This document shows, piece by piece, positions 26,812 through 44,630 of a stretch of 64,000 bases of DNA; the first letter of the stretch is position 1, and every line of letters starts with the position of its first letter. Under the pieces are notes generated by a model that was not told the origin of the DNA, made no database searches, and saw only the letters and a list, made by a program, of their open reading frames with translations. This DNA comes from Chrysomallon squamiferum (Eukaryota > Animalia > Mollusca): the NCBI GenBank assembly GCA_012295275.1, contig CM022665.1, forward strand, positions 5,022,001 to 5,086,000, in the 5' to 3' direction. The position numbers were made by a program, and so were the translations under genes.

Positions 26812-29800
26812 ATGTCATCTCCAGAAGTTGAAAGATTTGAAATATCAGAACATGACCTAGAAGATATATACAATCCAGGACAGAGACAGTTTAAACAAAC
26901 CAAGAATCAAGCAACATATGGTAATATTGTATATATATATTATAAAGATTGCCAAAGAGTTTTTAATTCTCCTTCGTAAAATTCAGATTCTTTTCTCACA
27001 GTTTCAGCCTTGTAAATATTACAAGTAAAAATATTTTTGAAAATGCCAAGGTCAACATTTCAAATTTTTTATTATATTTCATGTGCATACCCTTCATTTC
27101 ATTCTCTAAAAAATATATACAGTAAATACTAACATACACTTGATGTGTATTACAGATGCATACACAGAATACATATACACACAAGTAAACACAACAGTCT
27201 TTCTGTTCTTAAGCAATAAAATGATGAAAGATATATTAATGCACATATATAATCGTCAGATTTTAGAAAATAGTATGTACTTTGGGTTTTTCTCAGTTTT
27301 CGAAATAAATTTAAGGGTTTTTTGTTTTGTTTTTTAAATCTTAGGTATTTGGGCTGACCGTGACAGCGATGAAGAAGAGAGACCAGGTTTTGGAGGTCAT
27401 TCACGGAAGAAAGATTACATAAATCCTGTCAACTTTGTCAGTGGTGGTTTCAAAGAGGAAGAGAAGCTGACCGCAGACAAGGAAAAGGAAGCAGTAAGTC
27501 ATTTTTGTCATTGTCATCATTATTATTATTATTTTTATTAATTTCATAAGCATTATTTTTATCATTATTATCGTTTTATTTTCATTATTACTGAATATTT
27601 CATTTTATTTTATTATTTTGTTTCATTAGGTAATTTTTTGTATTATATTTAAAAGTTGGATTAACAGTTAAACCCATTTGTGTTACCTGTGTATTAATTG
27701 CATTCTTTTGGGAAGAAAATAATTTTTTTATTTTTTTTATTTTTTATTTTTTATTTTTCTTTTATTGAAAGTATTAAATACATCATTAATTTAAGAAATA
27801 TTCCAATACCTAACAATAAAATTCCTTTTTTTTAAATTATATTAATTTTTTTTATTGATTTTATTAGGTTTTTTTGCAGAATTCTGATACAGCTGTTATC
27901 ATTCCACCCAAAGCAAAAGGTGGTAAACCTTTTCAGCAAAGTAATCAGATTAAAAAGACTAAAACAGAAACACCACATTACCTGAAGGGACACCATGAAG
28001 ACAAGTATGTTATTCAGTTTTATTCATATACTCCTAAAAACTAATGACTGTTTAGTCACGTTTTAATACATTTTTCATTTTAACTGTTGTGTTCCTTATG
28101 TAATTATAAAATGAGAAATGAAACATTCTGTCACTATTTGTTGATTTTAGAAAAATTAATAGAATCCATTGCAAAATTAAAATATTCTGTAATGATGCTG
28201 GTAATGTTTTCAGTAACATATTTCAAAATTTGCTGCAGCTAGAAATTTTGTTCTTTATAAATAAATAAATTTCATGTTGGTAAATATTTTCTTTTATTTC
28301 TATATTGGGGTTTTATTTTTTTATTTTTTTTATTTTTTCAGAGAGTTTGGAAAATGGGAAAAACATACAAGAGGCATTGGACAGCTTCTTCTGCAAAAGG
28401 TAATGAGAATTAAACATTTTAAATTTTTATTGTGGATGAATATTAAAATTCTATAGACATGTTTGCTTGAGCTTCTTGAAAGTTTGTCAGTTATAAGGTT
28501 TTCATAATTTTGTAATTTTTGTTGCACACATATACAGCAGTTCTGTTTCCTTTCAGTTTTAATAGATTTACATGTGTTGATATCTTTCATTATTTAAAGT
28601 AAAGTAAAATAAAATAAATAAATGATAATTCCTTTTGATCTTTATAGTAATTTTATTTGTTTTCATGCAGAATACTTGGTAAAAAAACAAATCACTGCAT
28701 TAAGCCTGAATTTAGCATTTTCATTTTTCTTTTTTTTTTTATTGTTTTTTTTTTTAAACTAAAACAAACTGAAAAATCACAGCAGATATTTAACTTTAAT
28801 TTATTATTGTTATTACTATTATTTATACTATTATTATTATCATTTTTATTATTATTATTATTAAATGGTAAACACTACTTTGTTGTTACTGTTTTAATTT
28901 TCTAAATTTACAGATGGGTTACAAGCCAGGAGAAGGTCTTGGATCTAAAGGTCAGGGGATAATTAAACCAGTAGAAGCCTACAAGCGGCGAGGAAAAGGC
29001 ACTATTGGTTTCCATGGATCTGAGAGAACAGAACGTTCCCTTCAAGATTTTCCAGTGGCTGATTCAGATGAAGAAGAAGAGAAAGAGTTTCAGAAACAGC
29101 TGCAGCAGTGGAAGAGACAACCTGAGGTAGACTGATACTTATTTTCTTAATTATCATTTATCCAGCAAAGCAGGAGACAGTAGAGCTCCATGGTTAAAGC
29201 AAATACATGAGGCGAGATAGCTATTCTAACCTGTATATATTTTCCTGAATGTAGCATTTTCAGTGATAGTATTGATAGGCGACTTCTCATACATCGACAG
29301 TGCCACTGGTTACACTAATTCTTAGTCGTTATCAGTAGAAATTTGTCAATAACATGATCTACACTCTAGCATGATAACATTATATTGCATCTAGATATTG
29401 AAATAATATGTATATTTGAATTATGATTGAACTATATCGTTAGTAAAAAATACTGCAGTAGGCTAAGACTGTTAATCATAGCTACATGATGACAAACCTG
29501 ATTAGTTGTAAAGTCATTGATAAAAGACCACTGAATGTTTATTGACAGTTCCAAGGGGCTAACATCCTTTGCATTTTCTTTAAAAATGATAAATGGTTTG
29601 TAAGCCGTTTTGCAAATAATCTCTTCTTATACTAGTTTTAAAATTGCTGGTTAGATGTAAAATATTAATTGAACCTTTTCAAATCTGAATTTCAGTCTCA
29701 AAAACAAAAGCCAAAATATGTTTACAAGACGGCAAAAGAAGTGATTGACTCTGGAATTGGAAGAAAACGTAAAGTAGTCGATTCTGCAGCAGCAAAGGTG

Positions 29801-32800
29801 AAGGTGATTGACATGACAGGAAGAGAGAAGAGGGTTTTATCAGGTATGTTACTTGAAAAAAATAAAATAATAAAAAAAAATCATCAACAATCCTAACAAA
29901 CTACCAATGTACATTCATACGTCCAAATGACTTTAAAGACTTCTTAAAAATAATGTTAAAATTTAAGAATAAATTTTTAAACTTCCACTGAATTTGTTAT
30001 TATTGACTTATGATTTGTTATTGTATCATTAGTATAAAAAAAATTAGATTTCTAACTGAAAAAGATTTATAATAATAATAATAATCACTTTCTTGTATCA
30101 GGTAAGTGTTTGATTTGATTAATAAACTAGGAGGTATTTTACGCAGTCTCAGTTTGTTATCATTAATTATAATTATTACCAAAAAAATGTTTAAAACAAA
30201 TTTAGCAGTAATGGAATATTATGTAATATCTGAAACCAATGCATTAAAAAGACGATAAGAAATAATTTATCTTTGAAACAGAATGTGATTAAAGTGTTTG
30301 TATTCAACATCATATGGATGAAGGATTAGGCAAAATTGTTTAATTCACTGACAGAAGTTATAGTTAAATACATTCATTATCTGATACTGTGCAGGTTACC
30401 ATGCTATTTCACATCGTCATGACAAACCTGATGAAGAAGAAGTGATTGTTTCAGAAACAAAAGAAAGAAAAGCTTTTGACATGCCAGAACTTCTTCACAA
30501 TTTGAATCTACTTGTTGATATGTCAGAAGAAGATATTATTGAAAATGACAGAAGGCAAGTCCATAACTATACAAAAAATATTTTGCTGTTTTTTTTCATA
30601 ACCAATGTGCCTAGATATCATCTTGAAAGATATTTTATCGTAATTATGCTGGAAATGGAATGAACAAATAATGTGTTAACACATTTTGACATTAACCATA
30701 ATTTTAATGTCAAATAATTTTAAAGGAAACCCATTATTTTCATTCCTTGAGCAATTCTGTTGATTAACAGCAGTGGGTAGTATTTCTATCTGCATCTTGC
30801 TGTAAACTGTAAAATATATTTTATAAGCTTTTGATACCACAGTGTTGTTTTTAAAGAAACCATGAAAATTCAGGTATCTCATGTTTCCTTATGCATTATG
30901 TATTTGGTTTATTATAAAATAGACTATTCATACCTTGGCATGACTGTAGATGGATAATGATTTTTTTAATATTTTTAATTATCATCATAATCATCAGCAT
31001 CAGCATCATCATCGTAATTTTGTTTCTTTTTTTTGTGAAGTATGAGGTGATTCCAATCTTTATTAGTCAGAATTTAACTGAATTCTATAATGGTTGTAGG
31101 TTGAAGTATGAGAGAGATTTAATAGTGAATATGAGATATGAAAAAGAAAGACTGGATTCAATCTGTATTGAGGAAGAGAAAAAAATGAACAGATTGCAGA
31201 AAGTACTTGATATTGTTCAGAGGTTTGTTGAATTTCTTTCTTAAAACTTCATAAACAGAGGATTTTGTTTCATTCATTTTGTTAAATATCTTGTTTTATC
31301 TACATTTATCTGCCAACCAAATATTTAATTTAGTTACCAAATAATTCCATTTTGGATAATGTTATGTATGTTCAAGCAACCAAAAGATTGTTTTAGTATT
31401 TTTAATTCTTAAATTTTTTTATTTATATATTTATATATTTTTAAATTTGATTTTTGTCCAATAACTCTAATACAGACATAAACAATTATAAATAAATACT
31501 GTCCACATCAGTACTCTTTCCTTTTTACATTAAAAATGATTCTGTTCTTTTCCGCAGCTGTGAGGCTCGCACAAAGCCTGACAGTGAAAACCCTCTGACA
31601 CTGGATGAGTGTGTGGATGTGTTTAAAAATCTTCAGAAGGACTTCTATGAAGAATATAAAATGTACGATCTGGCAGCACTGGCAATAGCTCTTGTATTTC
31701 CACTGGTAAGTTAACTGTAATCCATCTGAAATTTCTTTTATCATATTCACTGGTTGGCTTGGTGTCTTCAGATTCAGTAATAAATCTCTGTTGTTGGTCT
31801 TGGAACACATAACATCTTGTTAATTTTGAAACAATGAAAAGGAAGCAATCTCTTCAGCTGATTCAGTTGCAAAATAACTTACGTATTATTCAGTGTCTAG
31901 AATGTATGAAGTAACTAACTAAACTTTATGTAATCAACTGAAAATAGGATGCAATAATCTCAGTGGTGTAGCTTAGATAATTTGCTGCAAAGTATTGTTA
32001 ATGACACAGACTTTTAAAAGTATTCCAGTTTTATTTGGAACCACATTTATTTTCAGATGAAGACCTTCTTTCAAAAATGGCAGCCATTTGTCGAACCTGC
32101 ATTTGGTCTTAATACAATGCATGAATGGCGACTGCTTCTTGAAGATCACAACTACCAATACACAATAGACCTTGACAACATGGACACCTTCCAGAGACTT
32201 ATCTGGGATGTCTGGCTCCCACCTGTCAGACTTGCTATTCTGTAAGTCATTTTGTAATGTGATAAAGCAATAATGTCAGTTTTTATGTTGTGAAACTTAG
32301 CAGTATAGTAGTGATATTTAAAAGGGAAAACTAGCGAATGAAATAAAGATGATTGTTTTTAACATTATTTGTATACTATATATTAATAAAAAATTATAAT
32401 TAACCTCTTGATGTACTGCTATTGAGTTTACAGTTTTGACGCCCCTGTACATATAGAGTCCATTTTGCAATTACAGTATATCCAGTATATCATATCATAT
32501 TTTTTATCTGTTGCATATGATGCCTAATTTTACTGTAATTCAAGTTTTAGCTGTCAGACAGCAGTACACTCCTCAGTATAGAAGAGATTAAGGATGTAAT
32601 ATTTTTGTCTTTGAATTTGTCTTGGTTCTTTCTTGAACAATGCAATTTTATTTGGACGATGTGTTTTTTTCTTTGTAAATTAAAATATTTATATTTACAT
32701 GTATTGATATTTTATTATATTTCATTTTAATTAATTTTCAATCGTTGTTTTTTATTGGTAACTACAAATTCTGTTTCCTAATTAACATTATAAACAGGTG

Positions 32801-35049
32801 TGTGAATGAAATAATCCATAAGTAGATGTGTACTATATAATAATAATTTTTTTTTTTTTATATATTTTTCTTTATTATTATTGTTATTATTATTTTTTTT
32901 CTTTTTTTTTTTTTTTTTTTTTGTTTTTGGGGGTTTTTTTTAGTCAGTGGAATGTGCGAAGTCCTGACCTAGTAATTAGACTACTTGATTTGTGGAAAAA
33001 TGTGTTGCCACAGTGGGTTTTGGAGAACATTCTTAACCAGCTGGTGTTGCCAACACTCCTACGAGAGGTTGAGATGTGGAACCCACTCACAGACACTGTA
33101 CCTATACATGCCTGGATTCACCCCTGGCTACCACTTATGTGTAAGTTCTGTACAGCTATTTGTTTTTGTCATTTCTTGTCAGAACAAAACGAAGATGAGT
33201 AATAATAATTTTTAGAAAAAGAAGGGAAAAAATATTCAGTATAGAAATAATTAAAAAATAATTGTCGTCTTCAAAGTGTTAACAAGATAATCAGAGAAAA
33301 TTAACATGTTTTTATAGTATTTGGTTTGATATTGCATTTTCTGTTTATAATTTAAAGCATCTGCATGATGCTCATGACAGGTAAGCAAAAAATGCTTTTA
33401 GTAAATATTTGTTAAAATTAATAATCTATTTATATTTTTCAATAAATAGCAATTTTTTTAAATAATCAATCAGTATACTTATAAATAAAACCAATTAAAC
33501 TGCCCAGGTCTCAGAGATCAGTTTGAGGGAAAATATTTGGTATCAAATATACAAGCTCAGCTGACAGGTATGGACTTACAGTTTATTTAATTTATTATGT
33601 GAAATAAATCTAGATTTCACAATGATAACAAAACATGTAGTGTTTTTGATCCTACTAAATGGGTAACATTCCATTTTTCTAAATCCATTTAGCTGATAAA
33701 TTGTCTTCTTGCTATGGGCCAATCAGACACAAGCTAGCAAATGCTCTTGTTAACTGGCATCCATCCGATGCATCAGCCAAAATCATTCTTCAACCTTGGG
33801 TTGGTGTCTGGAAACAAGGGCATATGGAAGCATTTCTGGTGAGAAACATTGTTCCTAAACTGGCAATAACTATGCAAGAACTGGTTATAAACCCACCACA
33901 GCAGATTCTAGGTGAGTTTTTATTTCCATTTTTTATTTTTTTATTTTTTCATTTTTAATATTATTACATAAACATAGGTTTCCATAAATATTTACATATA
34001 CAAAAGAACCTACAGGTTGTCTTTTTTGCTCCAAAATATATTGTATTTAAGTTACTGTCTTATATTACTCTTAGATAAGTTAAGAAATCAATGCTAAATA
34101 AAATTTAAACTCAAACCATAAACAAAATATATACTACAATAAGAAAAAATATATTTATAATAACTATACATACATACATATAAAGCATAATTGTAAAAAT
34201 TACAGAAATAAGCAGTACTATTTATGAAACTGAAACATTATATCAGAAATATCTTTGCATATTTTATAAATAATTTATTTGACTTCACTGTTGGGATGGG
34301 TATCACCATAAAACAGCAAACACTAAAAATATTGTTGAAATAAATGATACTCAAACCAGAGAAAGTTACGTTGGTCACAGTATATTAAATTATAACATTA
34401 ACCCAGGTAGAGGGGATATCAAAATCATAACTGCTATAGCACTGACAAGGTTAAAGGCGTGTATTTGAAATTGTTTCCTTACAGACCAGTGGCGCTGGTT
34501 CATCTCCTGGCATGGCATTATACCAAATCATCACATGATTTCTATCCTGGAGAAAGCATTTTTCCCAAAATGGTTGCAGGTTCTCTGTGGTTGGCTGGGC
34601 AATATGCCCAACTATGAGGAAATAACTAAATGGTATCTTGGATGGAAAGCTCTGTTTCCTGAAGATTATCTGCTGGCTCCAGTAGTGAAAGGTAAAAAAA
34701 ATTCTGCCTGTCTAGTTTGTATATATTCAAAGTTTATTTTTGATAAATAATTAAGGTAACTTTTTTTTTTTTTTAAATTATCCATGTATACATATTACAG
34801 AATAGTTTTTACCAGTATGCGTACATACTGCTTAACTATATATATATACATACAGGGTGGTCAGTAAATGATAACATTTATTTTGAGATTACATATACAA
34901 TTATATTTACTCTAAAAGTATTAAATTTGAACAATTATAGTTGTAAAATTTTAAATAATATAGCACAAATACCATAGTTGTAATGAACACCATTGTAATA
35001 ATATAACCCTAACCCTAACCCACATACTGTCCACCTACTTTTGGACCAC

Positions 35050-35087
<38 letters not shown>

Positions 35088-35105
35088 GCTCTGTTACAGC
35101 ACCAT

Positions 35106-35138
<33 letters not shown>

Positions 35139-36510
35139 CAGAACAATTCAGCAAAGCTCTCGACATAATGAATCGAGCTGTGTCTGGTCACTTCCAGCCA
35201 GGAGCCAGAGAGAATATTGCTTACTTCACTCACACAGAACGCAGACAGATGGACTTACAAGCAGCAATCCCACCACCATTACCACCTCTGCCTACAGAGG
35301 TATGTCATATCTTTATTTTAACATCAGAATGTTATGTAGTGTTTTTGAACCTTCATAAAATATCTTTTAACAACAGGTTACACCTTGAAGTAAACAGGTA
35401 CTGAAACTTTATGATAAGGACTCCATGATTATAAAACTTCTTATTATTTCATTTTATTTTATTCTTTTCAGGGTTTTTTTTCTGTGGGACAGGGAAGAGC
35501 TTTGCTTTAAAAACTTTATTGCCTACAGCTATAACTGAATCATTTAATTGCAAGAATCTCAAATTAAAAAATAACACAATGTGAAGTTCTCTGTCATTTA
35601 GATGGATTAAATCAGCACCACTTACATTTAAGAAAGTATCTAAATTCATTACAAAGTTTTTTTTCTTTTTTATAAAACTATGAAATTTATTTTGTAGCAG
35701 ACACTTCAGACTTCATGTGTCTGACAATTATATGGATAACATGTACTGTTAATTATAATAATCTGGTAATTTACATACATAGTTATGACCAAACAAAAAT
35801 GTTGCTTTTGAAATCAACTAATGTGCTCAACTTATCTGTGGTTTTGTTTTTCTTTATTTCAGTCTCTGGCTGGCAGAACAACTGGAGGAACATCAATGAC
35901 AAGTTTCAAGGAGCTTGTAGAAAAGAAGGTAAATATGTTGATCTTCTTCTTTTTTTCATCTTTTTTTTAATTATTAAAGGATCTAACCTAATTTTATTAC
36001 TTTCATAGAGTGAGTTTATGAATTGAGTGAGATTAAAATGAAACAAGAAGTCCAAGTAAAAAGTTATTTATTTGCAATAAAATATTTAAGAGGTGTATCC
36101 TATTTTAAAAGTTATTACAATGTTTAAAAAGGAATCAGTATTTTAATTTAGTTAGGTTTGTATGTGAAGTTAGTGAGATTAAAATGAGACAAGAGGTTTA
36201 AGTGAAAATAAATATTTTTGTGCACAGGAAGTGTTTAAGATGTGTGTATATTACAATGTATAAATTTATCTTTCAAAAAACGTATCTGTATTTTGACACA
36301 TATTCTGAATGCTCATGTTTATTTTACTTTCAGGCAGAAGAAAATAATATATTATTTATGCCAATCCCAGGTAAAACACATGAAGCCAGACAAGTTCACA
36401 GATTTGGAAATGTTCAGGTGTACATAGACCGCAGTGTTATTTTCATGTACAATGGAAATCAGTGGGTGCCAGTTTCCTTACAAAGACTGGTAGAAAGTGC
36501 AAAGAGTTAA
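26812..36510 (+). CDS. TFIP11: Tuftelin-interacting protein 11 (spliceosome disassembly factor, G-patch + GCFC domain), about 813 aa
   Basis: 16 phase-consistent coding exons: 26812-26920, 27345-27493, 27880-28004, 28342-28399, 28914-29126, 29696-29843, 30395-30554, 31100-31222, 31558-31705, 32057-32241, 32944-33140, 33693-33911, 34485-34691, 35142-35299, 35863-35928, 36334-36510 (2442 nt). Motifs [22 protein letters not shown]-patch [94 protein letters not shown]. Confidence 0.96.
29172..29320 (+). mobile_element. Decayed tRNA-derived SINE head
   Basis: GTAGAGCTCCATGGTTAAAGC is A-box-like and resembles the heads at 7120 and 7480. It is highly degenerate. Confidence 0.3.
30555..31099 (+). 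other. Non-canonical GC-AG intron in TFIP11
   Basis: The exon ends ...GAC AGA AG|GCAAGT and the acceptor is TTGTAG|G TTG AAG TAT. The join restores ENDRRLKYERD in phase 2, and there is no usable GT donor at this position. Confidence 0.85.
32400..32591. mobile_element. piggyBac-like MITE remnant (TTAA-flanked)
   Basis: Left end TTAA-CCTCTTGATGTACT; right end reverse-complements to TTAA-TCTCTTCTATACT. Confidence 0.45.
34853..35053. mobile_element. Tc1/mariner-type MITE remnant containing (TAACCC)3
   Basis: Left end TA|CAGGGTGGTCAGTA; right end reverse-complements to GGGTGGTCCAAAAGTAGGTGGACAGTA. It is inserted in TA-repeat context, with TAACCC x3 at 35004-35021. Confidence 0.55.
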
Positions 36511-38278
36511 ACTTTTTAATATTTTGAAATTAATACATGGGAAAGCTAACAATCACAAAGACAGAATTTCTTTGCATTTTAAATAAGCAGTGAATAAAAC
36601 AGAAAATGGAGGTGAAAATTCAGTGGTTGATGCTGTCAGTTTTGATTACTATCCAAGAAAAATAACTGACAAATATTCCAGTATTTCAGAATCCTGAAGT
36701 TTGGCAAATCAATGTCTGATCATGAATTTGGTGATACAGAATTCCAGAATGAAATTAAAAGTGAACAAATTCAGTAGTTTCTAATTTAATGTCTTATCAA
36801 GTCATACATATATATTATATATATATGAATCTTGCCACTGACTTCAGCTGCTATTTGATTCTGTTTCATCAGAATTACAAATGTCAACCATGTTTTAAAT
36901 GGATGTTCTAATAAAATATCCCTTGAACATTACACAAGAATTTTGATGTTGTTATTATCTCTTAAACTTCACACTTAAAAAAAATCAAAATGATAATCTG
37001 AAATTTTAACATTTTAGAAAGAGAAAAAATGTGTTAATCACACTTTAATTAAACTAACCTCTATATTTCACATACGTATTTGTTATTTTAAGTGTATGTA
37101 TGCATTAAGGTGAAGTAACAACTGTATAGTCATTAAAAAAAATAATACTAATTTTATATTATTTCTTATAAAACCAAAACAAACAACTGACTGATATAAC
37201 TTCTATATCTTTGTTCTGTACAGATGTAACTTTTCTTTTCAACTTGCTCATCAACATAAACAAATTTGTTCTTATTCTGTATCTTGTAATTATTTGTTGA
37301 AGAGAGACAATATATTTTACCAAAGGAATAAAAAAAGAAAAAGATGGCACATTTTAACAGCCTTCAAAAAAAAAGAAAAAAAGTTTTACCCTTTAACTTG
37401 AATAAAGGTATGAATGTTCAGCAAAATAAATAAGATTATAGTTGGCTCACCTTTACTACCAGGATTACATCCACAATTCTGACCTAGTGCAATTTGAATT
37501 ATTATTTTTTTTAAATTACTGTACAGAAGATTGGTTTAGTTAATGGTTATTCGTTTTAATGCCCAATGGGTTGTAGGTCAGAAAGAAGACTGGATACAGT
37601 ATAATAAACAAATAGTTTAATAATCGTGTTGCTATAATTTTTTATTTTCATATTCAAATATTTCTGATTGCAAAATGCCAGGAAGGTGAAAAAAAAAAAA
37701 TAAAAAAAAAATTGTTTCATTGTTTATTTTTATTAACCATTATTATAAAAAGGCCAATATAGTATTAATTTTGTATGTTGTAATTTATAAAAATCAAACC
37801 AGAATGCAAGTTTTTAATTATATCATATGCCATTTTATCAGTACTCAAACAATTTAACAATAATTTTTGTTTCTCCAGCAGATTTATTCTAGCTCAAATT
37901 TTTTATCTTAAAAAAACATTAAATTACATTTAATAAAACTGCATTACTTTGGAGCAGGGAAAAAAAGAAAAGTTAAACGACATATAAAATTGGTAAATCA
38001 AATTCCATACTTTCAAGTAAATTAACTTTCTGGGAATCGGTGTGGGTTTTTTTTAAAACAATATCTACAAGCATCCATCTTGAATATTATTTTTATTTTT
38101 GGTATCAAAAAATGATTGTCCCATTCCTTAACAATACAAAATAGTTTATTATACTTTCCTTTAAATTAATTTACAAATTATCTGTTCTTTCATCTTTCAT
38201 GTACATACTGTGATTATAATTCTGCAAATCTTGTTTTTTTCTTGTTTTTAAAAGAAAAATGATATGTTACAGAATTAC

Positions 38279-38318
<40 letters not shown>

Positions 38319-40482
38319 GTACAAATATGTTTAATTCACGTGCACCACAATATTATGGGACATCAAATTAAACCAAACAAAACTGTTAAATACAAATTTC
38401 ATGCTGCAATGAGAATGAGTAATAAGAGAAAATTCACAAAACAAATTACATTATTATAAAATATTTTTACATTTACTGCAAATATAATCAGACAAACTGT
38501 ACATAATTAGGTATGAAAAAAAATCTAAATACTTAGTAATTACCTTATGGAATACAGTTCTAGTGTTATTTCTTTTTCACTTCTTTTTTTTTTTTCTTTT
38601 AACAGAAATACTTTCAGGAATAAGTTTAATACTTTTGGGGTGAGTTTGTTTTTTGTTTTTGTTTTTTTTACTTTTGCTGTAACAAAGATCTGCTGTTTAA
38701 CTGTTTTATTATTATTAGCATATTAACCATGTATGAAATATATGTAGAATAACAAGGATTACATTTTGAAAAAAAGAAAAAGCAAATACTTATTGCCCAT
38801 GTGGACGGATAATTTGTTTTACAAAGAGAAATACAACTTAAAATTCCATTGTTATTTTCAAAATCAAAGAACCTTTTACGGTGGGGTTAAAAATTATCCT
38901 TATTTTTCATAAATCTGTAAAATGATTTCCATGAAAATGGTGGCACCCAACTTAATATCCAATGTGAAAGATTAAAAAATAAATTAATTATAAAACAAAG
39001 ACCAAAAAACATTCTTCTGAATAAATTAAAGTTATTTTTATTCGTAATTTAATATCACACTTCAACAGTACAATGTTGTATAATTATCTTTTCTAAATTA
39101 AATTTCATTTCAGGCTTAAAATGACAATTATCAAAGGTAAATGATGTTAAATAATTGCTTTCTTTGTGTTTATATTTCAGTAAATACAGAGGAATTCCAA
39201 ACATTTTTTAATTTTACGCACATTTATGCTTTATGAATTTGGCCTTTGCAATAAATATATGTGTCTCTATGCCAAACAAAATGCAGATACATAAAAATTA
39301 TAATACATAATACACTACAAGTGTTAAGGAAGCAAAAATATTGCAGATTTAACTGTTATAGTCTGGAAAACTGGGAATGTAAATATTCAGATTCTCTTCT
39401 TGAATTGCTCACCAATTCAACAGAAATGACTCTGGTTATCGTTTCCCAAACAGAAATCTAAAGTAAAAATATTTTCAATAAAGATTTGTTTTAAAAATCT
39501 TTGTGGTTCATTGGAAAATCAATGTACATTGCACCCAGTTCTAATGAGGGTTAGTTATATGTGGAAGGAATCTCCACATGTAAAAAAAAAAAAAAAAATT
39601 AAAAATGACTTAGATGGCAAAAACAATCAGCATCAAAATAAAACTAATTCTAAATTAATCTATCAACAAACATACTTGCAGAATCTAACATGAACAACGA
39701 TTTCTGCAAATCCACAAAAACATTTGAAAAATAAATAAAAAGCAGTTTGTGTTAATTATTACATCTTTTGCCGTTTCAAGTGAAAGTTTAGTTTTTATAA
39801 CATTAACAAACAGGATTATATTGATATATTTTTTAATGTGTGTGTGTTTGTGTGTGTCAAATTTTATAGAAAGTAATAACATCATCTCAAACTTATAACA
39901 ACCATGTTTTTCTAATCTTAAAAATCAAAAATGTACAAATCAGCACTTACCTGTTTTTAAAGACATATCCTTTCTAAATAAGAATATTTGTTTGTTTAAT
40001 TTAAATTTAGGTATGATTAAATTTGAGATTTTTTAAATAACAAACTTAAAACAATCTAATGATAAGATATAACAGATTTTTTATTGACTTGTTTTTTTTG
40101 TGGTTTGCAGTATTTTGTACATAATGCTAATATAATTAACGTTTTAATTTCACCATCTACGTCTTAATGGGAATCTCATGAAAAACAATTCACGTAACAA
40201 CTTCCCAATTTCCTTTCTTTTTACTTTTTTTTTGCAAACAATTGTTTACATGTTTACATCATTTTGTTTCTGTATCACACTTCACATCCTTGATACCTTT
40301 GTTTCATCCTAACACTCAGCTATATATTATAACAGACAGTTAAAAAATAAAAAAAAACTGAGCTTAGGACTGAATAAATCATGACAAAATATTTAGTCAG
40401 GCAAAGAGAACATCCATGTTTTTCGAGGGTAATTTCATGTTGAAACACCTAATTCCATGTCTTCATCATCACAGGGCTGCTT

Positions 40483-44630
<4,148 letters not shown>

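Noticed and set aside
35004-35021. (TAACCC)3 as a chromosome end or fusion site
   Set aside because: Only three units, inside an intron and inside a MITE-like element. It is kept only as a feature of that element.
36600-36785. Purine-rich, coding-looking stretch after the TFIP11 stop (e.g. MSDHEFGDTEFQNEIKSEQIQ)
   Set aside because: All frames are short and stop-interrupted, with no convincing splice sites. The TFIP11 C-terminus is already complete, so this is most likely 3'UTR.
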